Shown: positions 18,011 through 25,490 of the stretch, piece by piece
Layout of the letters: every line of letters starts with the position of its first letter
How positions within the stretch are numbered: the first letter of the stretch is position 1
From: a bacterium
GTDB taxonomy: Bacteria; Patescibacteriota; Patescibacteriia; UBA1558; S5-K13
Length of the DNA: 25,490 nt
NCBI GenBank assembly: GCA_029555085.1
Contig: JAKPTO010000007.1
Location: 1-25,490, forward strand
Reading direction: 5' to 3'
Made by a program: the position numbers and the translations under genes
The notes under the pieces: generated by a model
The model's input: only the letters and a program-made list of their open reading frames with translations
Told to the model about the DNA's origin: nothing
Database searches by the model: none

Positions 18011-18466
18011 ATGTCAAATCGTCATTTATCAAGAATAATAATACTTCAAACACTTTTTGCCTGGGACTTCAATAAAACCCAAGGCAATCCAGAAAAAATA
18101 TTAGAATATACAGAGCAAGAATTTAATACAACTAAAAACGATAGTGAATTTGCCAAAAATCTTCTAAAAGGAATTGTGGGGAAATGGAAAGAATTAAACG
18201 AACTTATTGTTAAATATGCTCCAGAGTGGCCACTTAAACAAATTTCTTTAATTGATAGAAATATACTTCGCATTGGTATTTACGAATTAAAGTTTGAAAA
18301 CACTCCACCAAAAGTTGCAATAAATGAAGCCATAGAATTATCAAAAGATTATGGCGGAGATAATAGTGGCAAATTCGTAAATGGAGTTTTAGGATCAATA
18401 TATAAAGAAATGGGCGCGACAGAAGAAGAACTCAAAGAATTTGAAATCCCAAATACAACAAATTAA
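18011..18466 (+). CDS. nusB: Transcription antitermination factor NusB
   Basis: [31 protein letters not shown] and FVNGVLG motifs. Confidence 0.97.
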   Translation: MSNRHLSRIIILQTLFAWDFNKTQGNPEKILEYTEQEFNTTKNDSEFAKNLLKGIVGKWKELNELIVKYAPEWPLKQISLIDRNILRIGIYELKFENTPPKVAINEAIELSKDYGGDNSGKFVNGVLGSIYKEMGATEEELKEFEIPNTTN

Positions 18467-18474
18467 ATAAAAAT

Positions 18475-19173
18475 ATGCAAAAAGATAAAGTGCAAGAATT
18501 TGCGAAAAAAATAAATATAGATTTTAATAATATAAATTTACTCAAACAAGCTTTTGTACATAAATCCTTCATCAATGAAAATCCTGGATTTAAACTTGGT
18601 CACAATGAAAGATTAGAATTTTTAGGTGATGCTGTTTTAGAACTTGTATCAACAGATTTCCTTTTTAAAAAATTTAACGATAAACCAGAAGGAGAACTTA
18701 CAAACATAAGAGCAAGTTTAGTTAATTCACATCATCTAACTTTAGTTGCAAAAGAATTAGAAATAGAAAAATATTTATTTTTAAGTCATGGTGAGGAAAA
18801 AGACAAGGACTCAAAAGCAAGACAATATATAATTGCAAACTGCATGGAAGCAATAATTGGAGCAATCTACCTAGATAATGGTTACGCAAACGCAAAACAA
18901 TTTATAGAAAAATATATTTTTAAAAATGTTGATGAAATAGTTGATAAAAAATTATACTTAGATCCAAAAACACAATTTCAAGAAAAAGCGCAAGAATTGT
19001 ATAATATAACTCCAAAATATAAATTATTAGAAGAATCTGGACCTGATCATAAAAAAAGCTTTGTTGTTGGATTATATGTTGATAAAAAATTAATCACAAA
19101 AGGAAGGGGTAGTTCCAAACAAGAAGCAGAAATAAATGCCGCTATTTTAGGTCTAAAGAAAAAAGATTGGTAA
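18475..19173 (+). CDS. rnc: Ribonuclease III
   Basis: NERLEFLGDAVL signature, EAIIGAIYLD, and a dsRBD (DPKTQFQE..GPDH..SKQEAE). Confidence 0.97.
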   Translation: MQKDKVQEFAKKINIDFNNINLLKQAFVHKSFINENPGFKLGHNERLEFLGDAVLELVSTDFLFKKFNDKPEGELTNIRASLVNSHHLTLVAKELEIEKYLFLSHGEEKDKDSKARQYIIANCMEAIIGAIYLDNGYANAKQFIEKYIFKNVDEIVDKKLYLDPKTQFQEKAQELYNITPKYKLLEESGPDHKKSFVVGLYVDKKLITKGRGSSKQEAEINAAILGLKKKDW

Positions 19174-19185
19174 AAATAAAAATAA

Positions 19186-21798
19186 ATGTTTTTAAAAAAA
19201 ATAGAAATTCAGGGATTTAAATCCTTTGCAAATAAAACTAAACTAATATTTGATCAAAACCTTACTTCAATAGTTGGGCCAAATGGTTCTGGAAAATCAA
19301 ATATTGCTGATGCTATAAGATGGGCAACTGGCGAACAAAGTCAAAAACTTCTTAGAACAAAAAAATCAGATGAAGTAATTTTTGCAGGAAGCGATAAAAA
19401 AAACCGCCTAGGAATGGCTGAGGTTAGTTTATTTTTAGATAATTCTAGTCATAAAATTCCCATTGACTTCAACGAAGTGATAATCACTAGGCGTGTTTAT
19501 AGAAACGGAGAAAATGAATATTTAATTAATAAAAACAAAGTAAGATTATTAGATATTCAACTAATGCTCGCAAAAGCTAATTTTGGAGAAGGCAATTATT
19601 CAATTGTAGGACAAGGAATGATTGATTCAATTTTAAATCAATCAGCTGCGACAAGAAAAGAGTTTTTTGACGAAGCAACTGGAATCAAAGAATTTCAAAT
19701 AAAAAAAGAAAAATCGCAGTTAAAATATACAAATACACAAGAAAATCTATCAAAAAGCAAAATGCTTTTAAATGAAATCTCTCCTCGTCTGAAATATTTA
19801 ACAAGACAAGTAAATAAATTAAAAAATCGTCAAGAGTTTAAAGAAAAATTAATTGATCTACAAAAAAAATACTACGGATTTATAGTTTCAAATATTAAAA
19901 ATGAAATAAAAGACAATGAAGAAAAATTAAAAATAATAGAAAAAACTCGCAACGATTTAGAAAAACAGTTATTAGACATTGACGCTAAAATCAATAGCAA
20001 AGAAAAAAAAGATTCGTATGCTTCAAATTTTGTATCAATTCAAAAAGAATATGAAGAATTAAATGATTTAAAAAATAAACTTACAAGGGATAAGGTAATT
20101 TACCAAGGAAAACTTAGTATTGAATTTTCAAACACTGGGAAAAATGATATTTCTTGGTTTGTAAATCAAAAAAACGAACTTAGTGATGAATTTAAAAAAA
20201 ACGAATCTCAAATTATAGAATATAAAAAAGAAGTAGAAGAATTAAATAATAAATTAAAAAATAAAACCGAAGAACAGCAAAATTTCTTAAATAAAATTAA
20301 AGAACTTCAAGATAAACTTGAAAACATAGGCGAACAAAATAAAATTTCCGATGATTTAGAAGTAAAAAATAGAATCAAAAAACTAAATTTATCCATTAAA
20401 TCAATAATAGATGATTTTGATAATATTGAAATTGACAAATTAAAACAAGATCTGTTTTTTATTTCAAAAGAAGTGGATTTTATAGACAAATCTCTAAGTC
20501 AAGAAGATAAAAGAGAAAATAATAATCGCTCAAAATTACAAAAAGAATTTCAAGATTATTTATTAAACAAAGATTCTCTTGTAAATGAAATATATGAATT
20601 AAAGTCGAGTAAAAATTATAAAGATGAAAAATTAAAAGAGCTCATCAGGAGACAAGATATTATTTCGGTTAGCATTTCAAAGCTTGATATAGAAATAGAA
20701 TCAGCGAACTCATCCGACAAATCTAAAAATCAAAAACAAATTGAAGACATGATTGCAAATATTGATGATAAAATATCTAATATTGATAATAAAATTGCGA
20801 ATATTAAATTGCAAATTGACAAATTAGAATCTCAAAGTCATGATGAGAGAAAAGAACTTCTAGAATTACAAAAAACTTCAAAAGATCTACAGTTTGAAAT
20901 AAATAAAATTAACTCTGAAATCCAAGAAATAAAAATTTCCCTTGCAAAAAATCAAACAAAAAAAGAAAACATAGAAACGGAAATAAGGCACGAGGAATTA
21001 GACATAAACGATTTAGATTATAATTCAACAGACATTGATACTGATGTAGAATTTTCAAAAATAAATAAGTTAAAAATTCAACTTTCTCAAATTGGAGAAA
21101 TAGAAGAAAGCACTGAAACAGAATACAACGAAGTAAATGAAAAATATATATTTTTAGATAAACAAATTACAGATTTAGATAATGCTTCAAATGACTTGAA
21201 ACATATAATAGATGATTTAAATGAAAAAATTGAAAATAAATTTAACGAAAATTTCAAAAAAATTAATGAAATCTTTAATGAATATTTTCAAATTTTATTT
21301 GGTGGAGGTTCTGCCACTCTTACAATAAAAAAAGAAACTGATAAACAAAAAGAAAATGAAAACGCTGCGGAATCGCAAACTGAAATAATTGAAGAAGAAA
21401 CTGAAAAAAATACAAAAACTTATGAGGGAAAAATAAAACCAATAACAGATATTATAATTACTGTAAAAATTCCCGGCAAAAAATTAAACAGTATGAATGT
21501 TTTATCAGGTGGTGAAAGATCACTTACTTCAATTGCACTTATTTGTGCAATCATATTTAATAATCCGTCCCCATTTGTAGTACTTGACGAAGTGGATGCC
21601 GCGCTTGATGAAGCAAATTCAGTAAGATTTGCAGAAATTATAGAAAAATTAAAAGACAAAACTCAGTTTATATGCATAACTCATAATCGCGCAACAATGA
21701 CAAAGTCAGACACGCTTTATGGAGTTACAATGGATGAGTCCGGTGTTTCAAAAATGCTTTCAATAAGCTTCGCAGAAGCAAAAAAATATAGTGAATAA
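19186..21798 (+). CDS. smc: SMC-family chromosome segregation ATPase, short form (870 aa)
   Basis: GFKSFA, Walker A GPNGSGKSN, Q-loop GQG, long coiled coils, signature LSGGE, Walker B/D-loop LDEVDAALDE, ITH. rnc-smc synteny. Confidence 0.92.
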   Translation: MFLKKIEIQGFKSFANKTKLIFDQNLTSIVGPNGSGKSNIADAIRWATGEQSQKLLRTKKSDEVIFAGSDKKNRLGMAEVSLFLDNSSHKIPIDFNEVIITRRVYRNGENEYLINKNKVRLLDIQLMLAKANFGEGNYSIVGQGMIDSILNQSAATRKEFFDEATGIKEFQIKKEKSQLKYTNTQENLSKSKMLLNEISPRLKYLTRQVNKLKNRQEFKEKLIDLQKKYYGFIVSNIKNEIKDNEEKLKIIEKTRNDLEKQLLDIDAKINSKEKKDSYASNFVSIQKEYEELNDLKNKLTRDKVIYQGKLSIEFSNTGKNDISWFVNQKNELSDEFKKNESQIIEYKKEVEELNNKLKNKTEEQQNFLNKIKELQDKLENIGEQNKISDDLEVKNRIKKLNLSIKSIIDDFDNIEIDKLKQDLFFISKEVDFIDKSLSQEDKRENNNRSKLQKEFQDYLLNKDSLVNEIYELKSSKNYKDEKLKELIRRQDIISVSISKLDIEIESANSSDKSKNQKQIEDMIANIDDKISNIDNKIANIKLQIDKLESQSHDERKELLELQKTSKDLQFEINKINSEIQEIKISLAKNQTKKENIETEIRHEELDINDLDYNSTDIDTDVEFSKINKLKIQLSQIGEIEESTETEYNEVNEKYIFLDKQITDLDNASNDLKHIIDDLNEKIENKFNENFKKINEIFNEYFQILFGGGSATLTIKKETDKQKENENAAESQTEIIEEETEKNTKTYEGKIKPITDIIITVKIPGKKLNSMNVLSGGERSLTSIALICAIIFNNPSPFVVLDEVDAALDEANSVRFAEIIEKLKDKTQFICITHNRATMTKSDTLYGVTMDESGVSKMLSISFAEAKKYSE

Positions 21799-21820
21799 CT
21801 TATAATATTATATAAATTTA

Positions 21821-21853
21821 AAAGCGGAGATTAGATTCTCCGCTTTATTTTTT
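21821..21853. terminator. Bidirectional terminator between smc and the convergent ORF
   Basis: aaagcggaga-ttagat-tctccgcttt flanked by A/T runs. Confidence 0.8.
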
Positions 21854-22097
21854 TTAAAATTCTATTTTGTGCTCGATCTACAAGCACAGCACATATCCAA
21901 CAAACCACGACAAACAATATGAAAATAACTGTTGCTGTGATGAGTTGAGTAATTAATGTTACTGGGATTCCCATACGAACATTCATATACCTTAACAATC
22001 TATGCAAATAGGTATAGAAATTCCCCCTGTATAAAAGGGCAATTGTTCCCGGGAGTAAAAAAAAGTAAAAAAGTTGGTATTTATTTGGGAATTTCAT
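21831..22097 (-). CDS. Small hypothetical membrane protein (2 TM)
   Basis: 88-aa ORF with TAAGGAGG SD, two hydrophobic segments and a basic tail. Confidence 0.7.
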   Translation of the reverse strand: MKFPNKYQLFYFFLLPGTIALLYRGNFYTYLHRLLRYMNVRMGIPVTLITQLITATVIFILFVVVCWICAVLVDRAQNRILKKIKRRI

Positions 22098-22115
22098 TTA
22101 TTCCTCCTTAGATTA

Positions 22116-22244
22116 CTAAAAAACCAATCCAAATAAATTTGACTGACCAAATTTCCCTGTAATATAAATTAGATAAATTAACAACAATACCATTACGACA
22201 ACTATAATGGCTAACACTATAGTTATTTTCTTAATATTTTTCAT
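22116..22244 (-). CDS. 42-aa single-pass membrane peptide; not in the ORF track
   Basis: MKNIKKITIVLAIIVVVMVLLLIYLIYITGKFGQSNLFGLVF*. AGGAGG SD and promoter TTGACA-N17-TATATT (22280-22308). Confidence 0.7.
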   Translation of the reverse strand: MKNIKKITIVLAIIVVVMVLLLIYLIYITGKFGQSNLFGLVF

Positions 22245-22645
22245 ATCTCCTCCTAGATATTATATTATATATTTAATAGAATATATCACACATAAAATAC
22301 CGTGTCAATTTACTAAATGATTTAAAATATCTGAATAGTAATTTTTTATACAAAAACAAAAAACCAATAAAAACAGGTTTTATACGGAACTCATTAATCT
22401 CTTAAGACTTTATTAAAGAGAGCTAAAATTATTTTTTTAAAGAATACTCATTCATCAACCCTAGATGAATAATTAAAATAAAAAAATATACTAATGAAAA
22501 TATATTAATTCAATGAAATAATATAAAAAGATAACCTTTCTTTAAGTTATGGATATATTATTACAAACAAATAACGCAAAATTATTGAAAAAATAATAAT
22601 TTGAACTGAAATTAGAATCCATATTATCCTATTATTTTTTGTTTT

Positions 22646-23059
22646 TTACTTCATGTCTCCCGAATTAATAATGTTCAAAATTTCTGGTATCATATCAAAT
22701 TTATCGCATTTTTTATCACATCCAGACTCTAGAAGTATATTATTGAATTTATCGTCTGACGACATTGCAATGATTTCTTTATTAAATCCCATTTCTCTAG
22801 CTAATTTAACAAATGGAACCGTATCCAATTCTGCACTATTGTTGAGACAGCCATCTAAAAATATTATATCTATATCCTGATTTTCCCCCAATATCTGCTC
22901 TGCTTGTTCAAGAGTATAGGCGTGCAATAAATATCCCCTGTCTTTTACTGTTAAATCTAAAATTTTTTGAAAATTTACATCATCATCGATTATAAGAATT
23001 TTTTTTAATTTTTCTTTTTCAATTTTAGATTCATTATTTTCAATACCTGGTCTTTCCAT
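22646..23059 (-). CDS. Single-domain response regulator (CheY-like receiver)
   Basis: KILIIDDD, IDIIFLD (phospho-acceptor Asp), IIAMSS, GCD..CDK. Confidence 0.8.
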   Translation of the reverse strand: MERPGIENNESKIEKEKLKKILIIDDDVNFQKILDLTVKDRGYLLHAYTLEQAEQILGENQDIDIIFLDGCLNNSAELDTVPFVKLAREMGFNKEIIAMSSDDKFNNILLESGCDKKCDKFDMIPEILNIINSGDMK

Positions 23060-23079
23060 ATTATTTTTTTATTTATAAA

Positions 23080-23111
23080 ATAATTATATCATTTAAGATA
23101 ATTATATCATT
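23080..23111 (-). repeat. Tandem duplication of an extended -10 element
   Basis: ataattatatcatt occurs at 23080-23093 and 23098-23111; each reads TGATATAAT on the minus strand. Confidence 0.6.
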
Positions 23112-23146
23112 AATCCTAACAAAAATACATCTTCATTCTAACCTAT

Positions 23147-23181
23147 AAAAAACCTGTAAAAATGGATTCTTTTGAATAGAG
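23147..23181 (-). repeat. Degenerate duplicate of the tRNA-Gly 3' end and trailer (att-like)
   Basis: 29/35 identical to 23735-23769. Confidence 0.75.
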
Positions 23182-23386
23182 TTTCTTGGCTTCCCGCATT
23201 TTCAATGTGAGGAATAGAGAATAATTAATCATTGTTAAGGATTAATAATTATTATATTATATATATATTTAATTATTACACTTAAAGTGTTGCCAAGCTA
23301 TTGGGCTATTACGGGAGGATTGACATAATTATAATAAATATGCCATACTCCATAGTTATAAAAATAATACCAATGAGGAGGAACTC

Positions 23387-23662
23387 ATGAAAAACAAAAA
23401 TATTTCATACTGCGCACTAATTCAGTGCCCTTTCATTCTAGTATCACTTATTGCTTCCTATATCATAAATTTAGTGATGGCTTTAAGTGGAGTACTCATT
23501 ATGGCTATCTGTCAAACACGCGCGTCAGAAGTTAACTGGGCATTTCTTTTCCAACTCAAACATCCCTATCTATCATATTCCTTTGTATTCTTTCTCGTAT
23601 TATTGACATTGAATCTGTTGCTTGGAGTGGTTTGGAAAAAAATGCACCCAAAAAGCATATAA
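23387..23662 (+). CDS. Small hypothetical membrane protein (2 TM)
   Basis: 91-aa hydrophobic ORF with GAGGAGG SD and promoter TTGACA(23320)-N18-CATACT. Confidence 0.7.
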   Translation: MKNKNISYCALIQCPFILVSLIASYIINLVMALSGVLIMAICQTRASEVNWAFLFQLKHPYLSYSFVFFLVLLTLNLLLGVVWKKMHPKSI

Positions 23663-23678
23663 TCAGGCAAGATAATTT

Positions 23679-23708
23679 TTCCAGTTGTTAATACAACTGG
23701 AATTTTTT
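23679..23708 (+). terminator. Rho-independent terminator
   Basis: ttccagttgt-taat-acaactggaa followed by T6. Confidence 0.75.
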
Positions 23709-23764
23709 ATTATTTTTTTCTTTCGTATGTATCAAAAAAACCCAATAAAATGGGTTCTTTTGAA

Positions 23765-23839
23765 TGGAGCGGGTAAGGAGAATTGAACTCCCCTCTCAAC
23801 CTTGGCAAGGTCGTATAATAGCCGCTATACTATACCCGC
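23765..23839 (-). tRNA. tRNA-Gly (GCC)
   Basis: GCGGGTATAGTATAGCGGCTATTATACGACCTTGCCAAGGTTGAGAGGGGAGTTCAATTCTCCTTACCCGCTCCA. Acceptor stem GCGGGTA/TACCCGC, anticodon GCC, T-loop TTCAATT, encoded CCA. Confidence 0.96.
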
Positions 23840-23890
23840 ATACGCCAAGCTTGACTTGGCGAATTTTCAATTTTTAATTTAAAATTTTAA

Positions 23891-24439
23891 TTACTCAGTT
23901 TTAACCTCTTCTCCTGTGCTTGGAGTTTCTGCTGACACTTCCTCTGTTTTGGTTTCTTCAACAGCTGGAGCTTCTTCTGTTTTTGCCTCTTCTGTAACAA
24001 CTGGGGTTTCTTCTTTTACTTCTTCTGTTTTATTTTCTTCAGGAACTGAAACCTCTTCTTTTACTTCCCCAACCGGGGCCGAAGTTTCTACCGATTTTTC
24101 TAATTCTGCTTTTTTTGCTTCTTCCTTTGCTTTTTTATCCTCTTTTGCTTTGTTAATCTTTTCAGATCTTTTTTTAGTAATTTCAACAGACTTTGCTTTT
24201 TTACCCTTTATTAATTCATTTTTTACAAATAAATTATGAACAGTTGCGCTACATTGAGCACCCTGAGACAACCAATAAGAAATTCTCTCTTTGTTTAATT
24301 GAGTTTCTTTTGTTCTTGGATTATAAAAACCGAGCTTTTCTATATACTTGCCCCATGGATCTCTTCTTTTGTCCATTATTACTATTCTATAAAATGGAAT
24401 TTTTTTTCTACCAATTCTGGTAAATCTAATGCTTAACAT
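23891..24439 (-). CDS. rpsP: 30S ribosomal protein S16 with a long acidic C-terminal extension
   Basis: MLSIRFTRIGRKKIPFYRIV..IEKLGFYNP..YWLSQGAQ, followed by an E/K/T/A-rich tail of about 90 aa. Confidence 0.96.
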   Translation of the reverse strand: MLSIRFTRIGRKKIPFYRIVIMDKRRDPWGKYIEKLGFYNPRTKETQLNKERISYWLSQGAQCSATVHNLFVKNELIKGKKAKSVEITKKRSEKINKAKEDKKAKEEAKKAELEKSVETSAPVGEVKEEVSVPEENKTEEVKEETPVVTEEAKTEEAPAVEETKTEEVSAETPSTGEEVKTE

Positions 24440-24492
24440 ATTGAATTTTGGATTAAATTTTAATAAATTGAGGCGTTTGTGACGATGAAAAT

Positions 24493-24521
24493 ATAATATA
24501 CTATTTTAGAATCTATGTCAA
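24493..24521 (-). promoter_or_regulatory. Sigma70 promoter of rpsP-tRNA-Gly
   Basis: TTGACA-N17-TATTAT on the minus strand. The -35 overlaps the transposase stop codon. Confidence 0.65.
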
Positions 24522-25414
24522 CACGACGTTCTCTCTAAGGTCAAATGCGACATAGAAACAAATTCATAGGGTGTTTTCATATTTAATGATAAGTGGGGTC
24601 TAACCTTATGATAATATTCAATATATTTATTAACTTTGTTTTGAACCATATCTAAATCTTCTTTTTTGTATTTAACATATCCTAAACATTCTTTTCTAAG
24701 TATTCCATTAAATCTTTCAATATATGCTTGTTCGTTCTTTTTGTATGGTCTTGCTGTTCTAATGCTATTAATATGTTTTTTTGCATATTCTAACCATTCT
24801 TTCTTGAATTCAGATCCACCATCTTTTTGAATATGGTCTATTGTTTTAAAATAATCTAATTGTTGTTTTAGTGCTTCTAATCCAGCTTGTGCTGTTAATT
24901 TTGGTTTTATTATCACACTTACTTCTTTTGTATATGTATCAATTGATGTAAAAGCATACAATTCACCAAAATCAACCGTATCTGTCTGAATTACTTCTCT
25001 TGGCTTGTTTCCTTGCTTAACATGGCCTCTTTTACAATATTTTTTCCATTTACTTCTTAATATGTATTTTTCATTTAATATATTATATATTGTTGCTACT
25101 GATATATTAATATTGTATTGTTTTTTTAAAAAATACTTTATCTTTTCACCACAACAATTATGATATTCTTGTCTTATTTTGTATATATATAATTTAGTTA
25201 ATATATCTGTTTTCTTTCTATTTCTTCTTCCTTTCTTTGCTTGTTTGTATCTCCTTATGAATTTCTTTATTCCAATTTGTTTTATCTTTTTTATCCATCT
25301 ATACATAGTTGCTCTATGGATACCTAATTGTATTGGAATATTCTCTATTGGTATGTTATTTTGATAAAGGCTCCAACAAATCCTTATTTTTGTGATAGAA
25401 TCATATTGTGACAT
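24518..25414 (-). CDS. IS481-family-like DDE transposase
   Basis: N-terminal HTH (LGIHRATMYRW), ISVATIYNIL, core IQTDT / IQKDGGSEF / IERFNGILRKE, and YHKVRPHLSLNMKTP. Single ORF of 298 aa. Confidence 0.92.
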   Translation of the reverse strand: MSQYDSITKIRICWSLYQNNIPIENIPIQLGIHRATMYRWIKKIKQIGIKKFIRRYKQAKKGRRNRKKTDILTKLYIYKIRQEYHNCCGEKIKYFLKKQYNINISVATIYNILNEKYILRSKWKKYCKRGHVKQGNKPREVIQTDTVDFGELYAFTSIDTYTKEVSVIIKPKLTAQAGLEALKQQLDYFKTIDHIQKDGGSEFKKEWLEYAKKHINSIRTARPYKKNEQAYIERFNGILRKECLGYVKYKKEDLDMVQNKVNKYIEYYHKVRPHLSLNMKTPYEFVSMSHLTLERTSC

Positions 25415-25490
25415 AGATTTTGATATTTAATTGTTATATGCATATCAATTATATCATTTTCTATGTCGCATATTTATTTAGAATAGTACG
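24527..25490 (-). mobile_element. Insertion sequence of about 965 bp with imperfect terminal inverted repeats
   Basis: cgttctctctaaggtcaaATGCGACATAGAAA (from 24527) versus the reverse complement of the window end, cgtactattctaaataaatATGCGACATAGAAA. The target duplication cannot be assessed because the window ends. Confidence 0.8.

Noticed and set aside
3791-21659. Numerous 60-130 aa ORFs antisense to nrdD, tig, the MEMO fusion, valS, purB, nusB and smc
   Set aside because: They lie within well-supported genes and have the F/S/I-rich composition typical of reverse-strand shadows.
23916-24423. Ser/Thr-rich 107-aa ORF and 76-aa ORF on the plus strand
   Set aside because: Antisense read of rpsP and its repetitive tail.
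142-25490. Composite transposon bounded by the two same-family IS copies
   Set aside because: The cargo is essential housekeeping genes and the left copy is a broken remnant; independent insertions are more likely.
1-25490. Alternative genetic code (TGA recoding)
   Set aside because: Core genes are full length under code 11, and TGA ends ORFs such as purB and the HAD fusion at sensible positions.

Overview
AT-rich bacterial chromosomal segment. Gene content and style suggest Patescibacteria/CPR (inference only). IS481-like sequences sit at both ends: a nested, decayed pair at 1-343 and an apparently intact element at about 24527-25490. Core genes are a class III ribonucleotide reductase locus, tig, a MEMO1-AMMECR1 fusion, tsaD, a HAD/class II aldolase fusion, tsaE, valS, purB, rpmF-nusB-rnc-smc, tRNA-Gly(GCC) and rpsP. 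Small accessory genes are interspersed. The most notable observation is a split class III RNR: NrdD stops after its zinc site, and the glycyl-radical motif (YSRVVGYLRP) is encoded by a separate 48-aa ORF (2738-2884, minus) that the ORF track missed and that has its own candidate promoter. Other points of interest are a short SMC with no recognisable hinge, a possible tRNA-modification operon, a stand-alone tandem RyR-repeat protein between direct repeats, duplicated tRNA-Gly 3' ends bracketing single-gene cassettes, and a split in Shine-Dalgarno use between core and accessory genes.
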